This document shows positions 27,195 through 34,815 of a stretch of 35,122 nt of DNA, piece by piece. The notes under the pieces were generated by a model that made no database searches, was not told the origin of the DNA, and was given only the letters and a program-made list of their open reading frames with translations. Within the stretch, counting starts at the first letter, position 1. Each line of letters begins with the position of its first letter. A program made the translations under genes and the position numbers. The DNA is taken from positions 1 through 35,122 of IMG/VR virus record IMGVR_UViG_3300014656_000081; one strand, 5' to 3'. This DNA comes from a virus. Taxonomy: Duplodnaviria; Caudoviricetes.

Positions 27195-27486
27195 CCTTCT
27201 TAGGCCTCCCCGGACCACGCTTGCCCTCGGAAATACCTCGCTCAAGATCCGCCATAGCCATATTTGCAATTTTGACTTCGGAAAGATCCCTCTCAAGATC
27301 CACCATATTTGCAATTTTGACTTCGGAAATATCCCGCTCAAGATCCGCCACCCTGGTCCGTAATTCGTTGTTCATGTCATGCAGCCGCTCCCGATCCGAC
27401 TTCACAACCTCAAGATCCCTCTCCAACTCGGTTATCCGCTGATCCCTCTGAATCAACTTCTTCGTCCGCTCATCAGGTTTCGACAT
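27187..27486 (-). CDS. coiled-coil protein with tandem 15-aa repeats and AT-hook-like tail
   Basis: DLERD(I/L)SEVKIANM x2 plus partial copies; C-terminal KRGPGRPKK. Confidence 0.65.
   Translation of the reverse strand: MSKPDERTKKLIQRDQRITELERDLEVVKSDRERLHDMNNELRTRVADLERDISEVKIANMVDLERDLSEVKIANMAMADLERGISEGKRGPGRPKKDE
27258..27347. repeat. 2 x 45-bp tandem repeat (plus partial copy at 27227-27254)
   Basis: CCATATTTGCAATTTTGACTTCGGAAA(G/T)ATCCC(T/G)CTCAAGATCC(A/G). Confidence 0.9.
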
Positions 27487-27648
27487 GTCGCCCCCTTATG
27501 GTATGTCATAATACGCTACATAAAACATTACACCCGTAAATAATAAAAATATGAATAAGCCAACTACAACCTTACTTATCACATACACAATCCGAAACAT
27601 CAACGTTGCTGAAATTTTATTCATTACCGCCGCTTCTTACCCCACCAC

Positions 27649-28197
27649 TCATCGATCATATTTCCCACTAATCTGCTGCCCTTTAGAATAACCGATAATC
27701 TCCAGCGGTTCCATCTTCGGCTTGCGGGATTCGAATTCTTCAGGTTGCGCTTCCTTTCTTGAATCTTTCATTGCCCTTGAAAATCGATACAGTTCCATTA
27801 AAAACTGCCCGACGCTTTTCCCGACGTCCAAAGCGGAATGTTGAACTTGCTTCCAGTCAGCCTCTTCAACATAGAGACAAATCCGCTTATATCCATTGTT
27901 TCTTTTTTCAGGTGGGTGCCGCTCTTTGTGACAATCTTTACAAAGAGCAAGATAATTATCATATTCGTCAGGTCCGCCTTTTGCAAAATGAATAATATGA
28001 TGAACATGTTCCGACTTTTTACCCAAACAATTTTCACAAAATTCATGTTCATTCAAATAGCGTGCCATAAGCCCTTGATTTCTTATACCAGAATTTCGCC
28101 CTTCGATTAAATGTTTACTGATAGATTTTCGATTTTTATAAGCCTCTTCTTTTATTTCTTCATAAATGCCTTCTGGAAAATAAATATTGTGTCTCAT
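27649..28197 (-). CDS. HNH endonuclease flanked by two ribbon-helix-helix-like segments
   Basis: CENC..HVHHI...KGG.D..DN..LCKDCHKERH; MRHNIYFPEGIYEEIKEEA..KSISKHL and KRICLYVEEADWKQV..KSVGQFL; GGAGG RBS. Confidence 0.75.
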   Translation of the reverse strand: MRHNIYFPEGIYEEIKEEAYKNRKSISKHLIEGRNSGIRNQGLMARYLNEHEFCENCLGKKSEHVHHIIHFAKGGPDEYDNYLALCKDCHKERHPPEKRNNGYKRICLYVEEADWKQVQHSALDVGKSVGQFLMELYRFSRAMKDSRKEAQPEEFESRKPKMEPLEIIGYSKGQQISGKYDR

Positions 28198-28254
28198 GGC
28201 TACCCCCCTCCCTGTGTGTGCGGTATACATACTGTGTGAATACACATTGTGCAT

Positions 28255-28283
28255 ACTATACACACAAATAGATAGCATGTCAA
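28255..28283 (-). promoter_or_regulatory. sigma70 promoter for the RHH-HNH gene
   Basis: TTGACA-N17-TATAGT on the minus strand, overlapped by TGTG..ATAC repeats. Confidence 0.75.
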
Positions 28284-28399
28284 CCCCTTTTGTTTTTGGC
28301 GCGCTGAAAAGGGTACCTGGTCACAATCTCAACGGCCCTGCCCCCCCCACCCCCCGGGGTGCCCCCCTGGTCGGACCCCGAACTGGGTATTATGGTTAC

Positions 28400-28427
28400 A
28401 GGTCTGATAAGTATTATTATGTCAACT
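28400..28427 (+). other. dif-like XerC/XerD recombination site
   Basis: AGGTCTGATAA-GTATTA-TTATGTCAACT: 11-6-11 layout; compare E. coli dif GGTGCGCATAA-TGTATA-TTATGTTAAAT. Confidence 0.7.
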
Positions 28428-28435
28428 GTGTGTAA

Positions 28436-28448
28436 TATCAAGCACTTA
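28436..28448 (+). promoter_or_regulatory. IHF-binding consensus
   Basis: TATCAAGCACTTA matches WATCARNNNNTTR. Confidence 0.45.
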
Positions 28449-28458
28449 GGGGACATAC

Positions 28459-28941
28459 TCACCGTTCCATTCCGGCACCACCACATGTGGTATCCTCTGG
28501 CACGACATCCTGACCATCTCCCAGCTGCCGCTCATACTCGGCTGTCGATCCCTGCCCGGCATGCACAATGATGTGAGCTGTGTTACTCGTTGATTTTCCT
28601 CGGATTAATCGCTCGTTTCGAGTTAAAATGTCCACCATTATAGCCTGTTGATATGGGCTTGTCTCCTTTAAGCTGGCCCGGTTTAGGCTCTGAACTACCT
28701 TCAGTTTGCTGGCGCTGAGTATGTCTGCCTCGTGTTTCTGGTAAGCTCGCAAGTCGGCTCCCTCAGGGATGAGAGGTTTTAGTCTTTGGCAGACAGCGCC
28801 TTTTGTTATGCCGAAATGATCTGCTATTTCTTGATAGGTAAGGCCGCCGATACGCATTTTTAGAGCTTGTTCGAGATTTAATATGCCTGTGGGGACCGCT
28901 GGAATATCGATAGTAATCTGTTTGGTTAGTTTAGCAGGCAT
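28459..28941 (-). CDS. terminase small subunit (putative, HTH)
   Basis: ALKMRIGGLTYQEIADHFGITKGAVCQRL HTH; ERLIRGKSTSN C-terminal motif; upstream of terL. Confidence 0.65.
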   Translation of the reverse strand: MPAKLTKQITIDIPAVPTGILNLEQALKMRIGGLTYQEIADHFGITKGAVCQRLKPLIPEGADLRAYQKHEADILSASKLKVVQSLNRASLKETSPYQQAIMVDILTRNERLIRGKSTSNTAHIIVHAGQGSTAEYERQLGDGQDVVPEDTTCGGAGMER

Positions 28942-29687
28942 TATTTTTCCCTGCTCTCCCGTACAAACAGGTGATTCATCCGATTGATATCTTTGAGTTT
29001 CATCCCGCTTTTGTCGAATATGTCAAGCATCGCTCCGTAGTTCGAGTTTCCATGTTGAATCTCGATCATAACCGATTTGATGCGCTCGTCGAGCAGGATC
29101 GGTTCAAGTCCGGACAGAACCCGGAATTCCGCACCGTCCACGTCTATTTTAATATGGTTGGGGATTGGCATTTTGAGTTCTCCAACCATCTCTGCTGCGG
29201 TATAGGCGATGACAGCCTGCCCGTCCTGGCACAGCGTCAGTCGATGATCAGCAGTGCCGGGGGAAATCGCGCTTGTCCGGAGAGTGAGCAGACCGGGAAA
29301 ATCGGAAACAGCGAGACAATACGCGCGGATCATTTGCTCATAGCCATTAATTATTATGTTACGCGTGAGCACATCATAATTACCGGCATGCGGCTCGAAT
29401 GCGATCACCTGGCAGCCGCGCCGGGCGGCGTAGAGGCTATAGCAGCCAATGTTGGCACCGATATCCCACAGGATCTCATTGACCTGCATCGAATCAATCC
29501 ATGCAATCGTATCGGGTTCTTTTGTCAGCAGTGTCCGGGCCCGGTAGCTGCAATGGGAATTAGGACACCAGAACGCAATGCCGGCGGTGGTGATTTCGGG
29601 AACGAACGATTGCCAATTCCTGGCGAATGCGGATTTGTCAATGATTTTAAGGGCATAGCGGAATATGCGGATGATGAGATGTGTCAT
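28941..29687 (-). CDS. FkbM-family SAM-dependent methyltransferase
   Basis: WDIGANIGCYS, AFEP, HIKIDVDGAE motifs; ATG 29687 overlaps the upstream stop. Confidence 0.9.
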   Translation of the reverse strand: MTHLIIRIFRYALKIIDKSAFARNWQSFVPEITTAGIAFWCPNSHCSYRARTLLTKEPDTIAWIDSMQVNEILWDIGANIGCYSLYAARRGCQVIAFEPHAGNYDVLTRNIIINGYEQMIRAYCLAVSDFPGLLTLRTSAISPGTADHRLTLCQDGQAVIAYTAAEMVGELKMPIPNHIKIDVDGAEFRVLSGLEPILLDERIKSVMIEIQHGNSNYGAMLDIFDKSGMKLKDINRMNHLFVRESREK

Positions 29688-29869
29688 AATACCCAGTGCT
29701 CCGACCGGTGCTCCGCCTCGAAATCGTCTCGCGGGGTAGGATACACGGTTTTTTCCAAACGCTTGCTCTCCCTGTGAATTCCGGCGAGGTGAACAGCGAT
29801 ACGAAACGTGTATGAAATAATAGCAATTCCGATGAGGTAATAGAATATCTCCAGTATTATCATGGTCAT
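29684..29869 (-). CDS. small membrane protein
   Basis: AAGGAG RBS preceded by a GC hairpin; one N-terminal TM helix. Confidence 0.55.
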   Translation of the reverse strand: MTMIILEIFYYLIGIAIISYTFRIAVHLAGIHRESKRLEKTVYPTPRDDFEAEHRSEHWVL

Positions 29870-29944
29870 CTGACTCCTTCGGGAATGCCCCCGGCACCCC
29901 TGCCGGGGGCGTGGATAAAAGGAGGTTAATGAATGGGTGAATAT

Positions 29945-29973
29945 TTTGTATCAGGATTTCGGGTGGTTGTCAA
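29945..29973 (-). promoter_or_regulatory. possible sigma70 promoter heading the late operon
   Basis: TTGACA-N17-TACAAA with TGn extension. Confidence 0.4.
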
Positions 29974-30340
29974 GCATTTTTTTAGTTGCCGTTTTTTGTC
30001 AAAAATAGGCTCGTAAATACCTGATTTTATTGGGTCGGTGACAATTTGCGCAAAACCTGCCCTTTTTTGTCAAAAAATTGGTAGGGACTGGTAGGTGTGG
30101 CCTCTAATAGTGGATACTCCGGTTACAGGTGATTACTTTTTACCTGGTTACACCTATTTCCGCTATAATTCTCTGTTATCATTGGATAATATCATTTTGC
30201 GCCGAAAAAAAGTTGACATAACTATGTAACCGTTTTACTCAGTTAGCACATGCATGTAACAACCGGAATGATCCCGGAATAATTTTTATTCTCAATCATT
30301 TCATATACTTACCATGTTTTTTTAACAACTCGTGAAATGT

Positions 30341-30356
30341 TGGCACGGACTTTGCT
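30341..30356 (+). promoter_or_regulatory. sigma54 (-24/-12) promoter
   Basis: TGGCACG-GACT-TTGCT, exact consensus and spacing, intergenic, 66 bp before the first ATG (30423). Confidence 0.8.
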
Positions 30357-30422
30357 GTCTATAATAATTATGGAAACAACCCAAAAGCAAGTCCCGGGGA
30401 AACCCGGGCAGAGGAGGGAATT

Positions 30423-30593
30423 ATGGGAAAGTGGCAAACGACAAACCCGGTATGCGGCAAGGATGAGTATTATTGCGACTTTTGTGGGGCAATGATGCCC
30501 CGAGAGGAACTGACGGAAACGCAAGGGGGAGATTTAATCTGCTCCCTTTGCGAGCAGAAACGGGCAGCCACCACACACGGTGGCCCATATTAG
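30423..30593 (+). CDS. small Zn-finger-like protein (56 aa)
   Basis: Hairpin+GAGGAGG RBS; CDFC...CSLC. Confidence 0.6.
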   Translation: MGKWQTTNPVCGKDEYYCDFCGAMMPREELTETQGGDLICSLCEQKRAATTHGGPY

Positions 30594-30645
30594 CAAGGGG
30601 GATCAGCCCCGGCGCCGAGGGCAATATCGGGCAGAGGAGGGAACC

Positions 30646-31815
30646 ATGAAATACAGAACCAAAAAATCGGCAATCGAGGCTGCCCGAGCCATGGGCAGCT
30701 CGTCAAAAACTTTTAATGGCGCGCGCTCCTATCTGCTCGCGCACGTCGATCATCCACTTACCCGCCATATCCCGGGTACGTGGGAGTGGCGATCGGACCG
30801 TCGCACCACTCGGTCACAATGGTATGCACACGAGCATTCCCGGCGTCTGTGTGTTCGCTATGTCGGAGCAAAACGCCTGCCCCGCTATCTCTCCGAGTCC
30901 GATCGCACTATCATCCGCCTGCATCCCGCAATGGAGGAAATGGCCCGCTTGACCGCAATGCCGAGTTTCGCGCGCGCTCATTATCTGCCCGACGACTCGC
31001 CCATGCACTCAATTCCCCGGTTTTCCCGGTTTATCCGGGAGGCCGAAGTTGCACAGGGCGAGCTGGTTACGTTTTCCAGCGTCGCCACCCATGCTTATCG
31101 AGTGTGTGATTTCGGTCGGACGCGCCGGAATCACAAGGGATTCTGCTCCCTCAGCCCCGGCATCCGCACCGAATCGTATCAGCGCGGAAGGAATCCGTGG
31201 GGCGGAAAATGGACTCACAACGACTATTATGCCGACTACACCCTGATCCGTCCGCCGGATCACGGCCGGGTGTACGGCATGTATTATGTCGCCCCGGATC
31301 GGCAGACTAGGACGGTATACGTCTCCCCGTCCTGGCTCAAAATCGGGGCCCGCACGACGCCGATCCGACGGCAACGAAAATCGCCGGAAACGAAACCTCT
31401 ACCAGTGCATGTACAGCGTCGTATCCTCGTTGCTCACGTGTCCGCGGTGCTCCGAATTGATTATGACCGCACGGCCAAAAAGCTCATGCTTATCGATTCT
31501 GCCGGAGAGCAGTATCATCTCGCGCCGATCGGCACTCCCGACGGTGCCCACCGCCAGGTACGGGAAGCCGTATCCGCATTCCGCAAGCGTCGCGCAGAGC
31601 GTATCGCAATTAAGCACCCGGAGCGAATCTGGGTGTCGGTAGAGGACAGCTACGCGGCCGGCAATTGCCGGAGTATGACCGATCAGTTTGCGGCGGAATT
31701 TCACGCCGCAATCGGCGCTCTGGGTCCGGTGTGTGCTCGTGCCGATCTTTTACTTTCGATACGCGACGACAATTACACACGCCGCGCAATTTCTTATGCA
31801 GCGACGCGTGCTTAA
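30646..31815 (+). CDS. Arg-rich hypothetical protein (389 aa)
   Basis: GAGGAGG RBS before ATG 30646; C-terminal VSVEDSYAAGNC; no family recognised. Confidence 0.7.
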   Translation: MKYRTKKSAIEAARAMGSSSKTFNGARSYLLAHVDHPLTRHIPGTWEWRSDRRTTRSQWYAHEHSRRLCVRYVGAKRLPRYLSESDRTIIRLHPAMEEMARLTAMPSFARAHYLPDDSPMHSIPRFSRFIREAEVAQGELVTFSSVATHAYRVCDFGRTRRNHKGFCSLSPGIRTESYQRGRNPWGGKWTHNDYYADYTLIRPPDHGRVYGMYYVAPDRQTRTVYVSPSWLKIGARTTPIRRQRKSPETKPLPVHVQRRILVAHVSAVLRIDYDRTAKKLMLIDSAGEQYHLAPIGTPDGAHRQVREAVSAFRKRRAERIAIKHPERIWVSVEDSYAAGNCRSMTDQFAAEFHAAIGALGPVCARADLLLSIRDDNYTRRAISYAATRA

Positions 31816-31863
31816 AATTTCACATCCCCGGCCAACGGGGAACGCTGAGGCGAGAAACCTACC

Positions 31864-31932
31864 CCCGATCCGGCGGGAACCACCGCCATGCCCGGAATTG
31901 CTGGCGGTAAAAAAGGAGAGAAGAAATGAAAA
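31864..31932 (+). repeat. 69-bp intergenic direct repeat, copy 1 (hairpin + RBS + ATGAAAA)
   Basis: Identical to 33309-33377; ACCGCCA/TGGCGGT stem. Confidence 0.95.
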
Positions 31933-32165
31933 TCAAATGCCCGAAATGTAAGTTTGTCGTAAACAGAGGCCCGGTTGCCTTGCGAGAGGCAATCATAATA
32001 AAGCACCTCTGCCTCCGCCATGCGGCGATCGCCGATTCTTACGTCGGCGAAACGGTCGTTGGCGAGCGGAGTGTCTTTTCCTCTGCCACTTTGGAGGGGA
32101 AAAGATATGCGCATCAAGCGCTCACTATTTACGAGTACGCGGAAGTGAGTGCGGCGATAGTATAG
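31926..32165 (+). CDS. hypothetical protein
   Basis: Start supplied by the 69-bp repeat; CPKC. Confidence 0.6.
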   Translation: MKIKCPKCKFVVNRGPVALREAIIIKHLCLRHAAIADSYVGETVVGERSVFSSATLEGKRYAHQALTIYEYAEVSAAIV

Positions 32166-32296
32166 CCCGGCGGAACCGGGCGAGGAGGGGAAATGTATTA
32201 TAAAAGAATATGGCATTCTCTCGCAAAGAGGATTTGTAATTAAATAATCCAACCCGCCTCCGTCTCCACGAGGGGGCAACCAACCCGAGCCCGGCG
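32166..32296 (+). pseudogene. internally deleted duplicate of the 33960-34311 gene unit
   Basis: 32166-32225 = 33960-34019 and 32225-32296 = 34240-34311; 221 bp missing; residual 16-aa ORF 32193-32243. Confidence 0.9.
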
Positions 32297-32318
32297 ACAC
32301 CGGACAAGGAGGATTGAG

Positions 32319-32552
32319 ATGAGAAAAGAACATTTTGAGGCAATCCGCCGAGATTGCCCGTGGATGATCGACCATGCGGATTATGCCGCCGCCTGTACTC
32401 TGGCCATCCGTACCAGCGACACGAAATGGCTGGAGAAATTGTCCTGTTGGGGACGAGAAATGTCCCCGTTGGTAGAACCCGAACCTGACCGGCATCCGCC
32501 GGTTGACATTCCAACGCTTGAAGAATTGAGGCGTTGGATAAAGAGGGAATAA
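32319..32552 (+). CDS. hypothetical protein
   Basis: Hairpin+AGGAGG RBS. Confidence 0.6.
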   Translation: MRKEHFEAIRRDCPWMIDHADYAAACTLAIRTSDTKWLEKLSCWGREMSPLVEPEPDRHPPVDIPTLEELRRWIKRE

Positions 32553-32556
32553 TGAA

Positions 32557-32814
32557 ATGAACATAAATAAATCAATAGCAATATCCGATAGGGGGATTGT
32601 GAGGATCACGCATCTGCCGTATACGACGCACTATAGTTGCGCAGTATGTGGGTGGATGCCCTCGCACTGGCTGCCGAAGCTGCACGGGTGGGGGAAGGCC
32701 CAGAAGCTCCGGGCCTTGGTGCGGGAACATTATCGGATAAAACACACCACACCCGAGCCCGGCGGAACCGGGCGAGGAGGGGAAAATCATGGAAAATTAT
32801 TCGCACGCATTTGA
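32557..32814 (+). CDS. hypothetical protein
   Basis: ORF with CAVC; C-terminus reads through the hairpin-RBS repeat. Confidence 0.5.
   Translation: MNINKSIAISDRGIVRITHLPYTTHYSCAVCGWMPSHWLPKLHGWGKAQKLRALVREHYRIKHTTPEPGGTGRGGENHGKLFARI
32758..32785 (+). repeat. 28-bp hairpin-RBS module (also at 32166-32193 and 33960-33987)
   Basis: CCCGGCGGAACCGGGCGAGGAGGGGAAA, three identical copies. Confidence 0.95.
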
Positions 32815-33301
32815 GGAGTTTGAGGGAAAAATGAAGGAGAAAAGAATATGCCCGGAATGCGGGCAAATCTGGGAGCACGGTTCGGATGCCGCGCGAGATT
32901 TTCGGCTTGCACGGCATCTAATTGACGTACACGGCTACACTGCCGACTGCCAAGTCGACGAAGCAGTAGCCGTGGGGGGAAAATGCACATTTGTGACTGC
33001 CATTTCCCCCACCAGGAAACGCTTTACCTACTCCTACTCAACGGGAAGAAGGGAGGTAAAAAAAATGAAGAAATTCAAACTGCAAAAAGTGGTCGTACAT
33101 TTCGGCGGCTCCCCGCGATTTGATATCGCTGGGGACCCCCAAATCGTCCGGGCAGCGAATCCCGCAAACGCTGCCCGAAATGCTCTAGGGACTCGGGGCA
33201 CAGTCGAGTCGCTGGAACGGGACGCGTACGGACCAATCTGGGTCCGTGGTACGGGCTCGATCGACGATTCATGTCCGGGTGTGATGATCACACCCGCATA
33301 A
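32789..33301 (+). CDS. hypothetical protein (possible fusion; in-frame internal RBS+ATG at 33065)
   Basis: CPEC..H...H N-terminal half; GGAGG-N-ATG MKKFKLQK second half. Confidence 0.55.
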   Translation: MENYSHAFEEFEGKMKEKRICPECGQIWEHGSDAARDFRLARHLIDVHGYTADCQVDEAVAVGGKCTFVTAISPTRKRFTYSYSTGRREVKKMKKFKLQKVVVHFGGSPRFDIAGDPQIVRAANPANAARNALGTRGTVESLERDAYGPIWVRGTGSIDDSCPGVMITPA

Positions 33302-33308
33302 TTCTAAT

Positions 33309-33377
33309 CCCGATCCGGCGGGAACCACCGCCATGCCCGGAATTGCTGGCGGTAAAAAAGGAGAGAAGAAATGAAAA
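33309..33377 (+). repeat. 69-bp intergenic direct repeat, copy 2
   Basis: Identical to 31864-31932. Confidence 0.95.
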
Positions 33378-33568
33378 CCAAGGTTTTGGCCCAGCAGTAT
33401 GCCGATGCTTTCAGCGACGTGTCTCTAATCCGCGTCGCGAAAAATGGGAGAACGGCCACATTCCGGGAAGCGTCCCCGACTGGCGGCCGGGAATTCACGC
33501 TCACCCGGAAATATCTGGAAACATGCTATATCATTGAAACCCCGCACGGGGTTGTGGAGGTGCAATAA
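33371..33568 (+). CDS. hypothetical protein
   Basis: Start supplied by the 69-bp repeat. Confidence 0.6.
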   Translation: MKTKVLAQQYADAFSDVSLIRVAKNGRTATFREASPTGGREFTLTRKYLETCYIIETPHGVVEVQ

Positions 33569-33958
33569 ATGTTTGTAAATATATCAAATCATCCATCCGT
33601 GAAATGGTCCCCGGCGCAAATCGCGGCAGCCGGGGAACCGATCATCGATGTCCAGTTTCCGGCCGTATCTCCGGAGCTGGACGAAAACAAATTGTTGGAT
33701 TTCGTCTGCAATTGGGCGGACGAAGTCCTTTACCCCATTCTCCCTCCGCGCGATTTCGGAGGGGATTGTAAACTTGTAAGGCCGGTTACCGCCCACCTGA
33801 TGGGCGAGACCGGCTTTTGCGCTCTCTTGGCAGAAAAGCTCCGCAACATGGGAGCTGTCATTGTCCACTCCACGACGGCCCGTGAAGTTGTGGAGCATCC
33901 GGACGGGTCCAAAACCGCGCAATTCCGGTTCGTGCGGTTTCGGCGAACCGGATTTTGA
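33569..33958 (+). CDS. Csx20-like CRISPR-associated protein (putative cOA ring nuclease)
   Basis: NISNHPS..WS..Q, DVQFP.V.P, HLMGE, STTAREVVE..DGSKT..FRFVRFR motifs; GGAGG RBS. Confidence 0.7.
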   Translation: MFVNISNHPSVKWSPAQIAAAGEPIIDVQFPAVSPELDENKLLDFVCNWADEVLYPILPPRDFGGDCKLVRPVTAHLMGETGFCALLAEKLRNMGAVIVHSTTAREVVEHPDGSKTAQFRFVRFRRTGF

Positions 33959-33986
33959 CCCCGGCGGAACCGGGCGAGGAGGGGAA

Positions 33987-34262
33987 ATGTATTATAAAAG
34001 AATATGGCATTCTCTCGCAGAGGATACCGGAGGATCCGGTCCCACCGGGGACTGGGTCAACTGGGATGTTTCTGTCGATGGAAGTTGGTACGGAAAGACC
34101 GATTTCGGGGTATCCGTAGTCGGTCTTGTGGAACCCGTTGATGCTCCCGATCATATCCAGCATTCCTGCCAAGCGCTTGTCTCTATTGAGACGTTGCCGG
34201 AATGGGAACAGTATTATATTCGTCAGAGATCGAGGTTGAAAAGAGGATTTGTAATTAAATAA
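33987..34262 (+). CDS. hypothetical protein
   Basis: Starts at the hairpin-RBS module (MYYKRIWHSLAEDTGG...). Confidence 0.6.
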   Translation: MYYKRIWHSLAEDTGGSGPTGDWVNWDVSVDGSWYGKTDFGVSVVGLVEPVDAPDHIQHSCQALVSIETLPEWEQYYIRQRSRLKRGFVIK

Positions 34263-34331
34263 TCCAACCCGCCTCCGTCTCCACGAGGGGGCAACCAACC
34301 CGAGCCCGGCGGATTCCGGGCAGGAGGGAAA

Positions 34332-34526
34332 ATGTCAGAAATAGCAACTTTTCACGAGATCTGCAGGCTCGCCGGGCTTCCATGCTGGCGATCATTCATC
34401 CCACGCTGCAAACGCTGCGGGGAGATCATGATCCATAAAACCGGGGAGCCCCTCTCGATTGAGGCTTGGGAAGGATGCCTGGGGATCTGCAACCAGTGCC
34501 TTGTGCAGGCACGGCTGGCGGAATGA
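34332..34526 (+). CDS. small Zn-finger-like protein
   Basis: Variant hairpin-RBS; CKRC...CNQC. Confidence 0.6.
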   Translation: MSEIATFHEICRLAGLPCWRSFIPRCKRCGEIMIHKTGEPLSIEAWEGCLGICNQCLVQARLAE

Positions 34527-34546
34527 ATAATCCACCTACCTCCTTT

Positions 34547-34798
34547 TCATGCTTTTTTCTCCGTCCACATCACCATCACCCGCGCAGGGTGTCCATTTGA
34601 CAATTTTCCAGCGTATGATTTTACCACGTATGCCGCGCCTACGCCTTTAAAATGGCTCATCCAAGTCAACAGGGTCATTTGATCTTTGGGACCCGGATAA
34701 ACATCGCTTAGAAAATCGTATCGTTTTTGATCATTTAGAGCATCTATCATTTCTCTTTTGTATTCATACTCAATATTTCCGTCCTGGTATTTATACAT
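34547..34798 (-). CDS. hypothetical protein
   Basis: AGGAGG RBS; 83 aa. Confidence 0.65.
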   Translation of the reverse strand: MYKYQDGNIEYEYKREMIDALNDQKRYDFLSDVYPGPKDQMTLLTWMSHFKGVGAAYVVKSYAGKLSNGHPARVMVMWTEKKA

Positions 34799-34815
34799 TC
34801 AACCTCCTGTTCCGC

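Noticed and set aside
27195-27341. N-terminal extension of ORF 26796-27341 with repeated GIFPKSKLQIW
   Set aside because: Alternative-frame reading of the 45-bp repeat in the overlapping gene; ATG 27194 is the more plausible start
28971-29777. 268-aa + strand ORF
   Set aside because: Antisense shadow of the FkbM gene, with no motifs
30213-30241. sigma70 promoter starting at TTGACA 30213
   Set aside because: No convincing -10 at 16-18 bp; the hexamer is better explained as part of the XerD-like arm
31812-32609. 265-aa - strand ORF sharing peptides with other ORFs
   Set aside because: Shared peptides arise from the DNA repeats; sense-strand genes have clear RBSs
31864-34331. Repeats as a CRISPR array
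   Set aside because: Spacing is irregular (hundreds of bp), the intervals are genes with RBSs, and there is no cas operon
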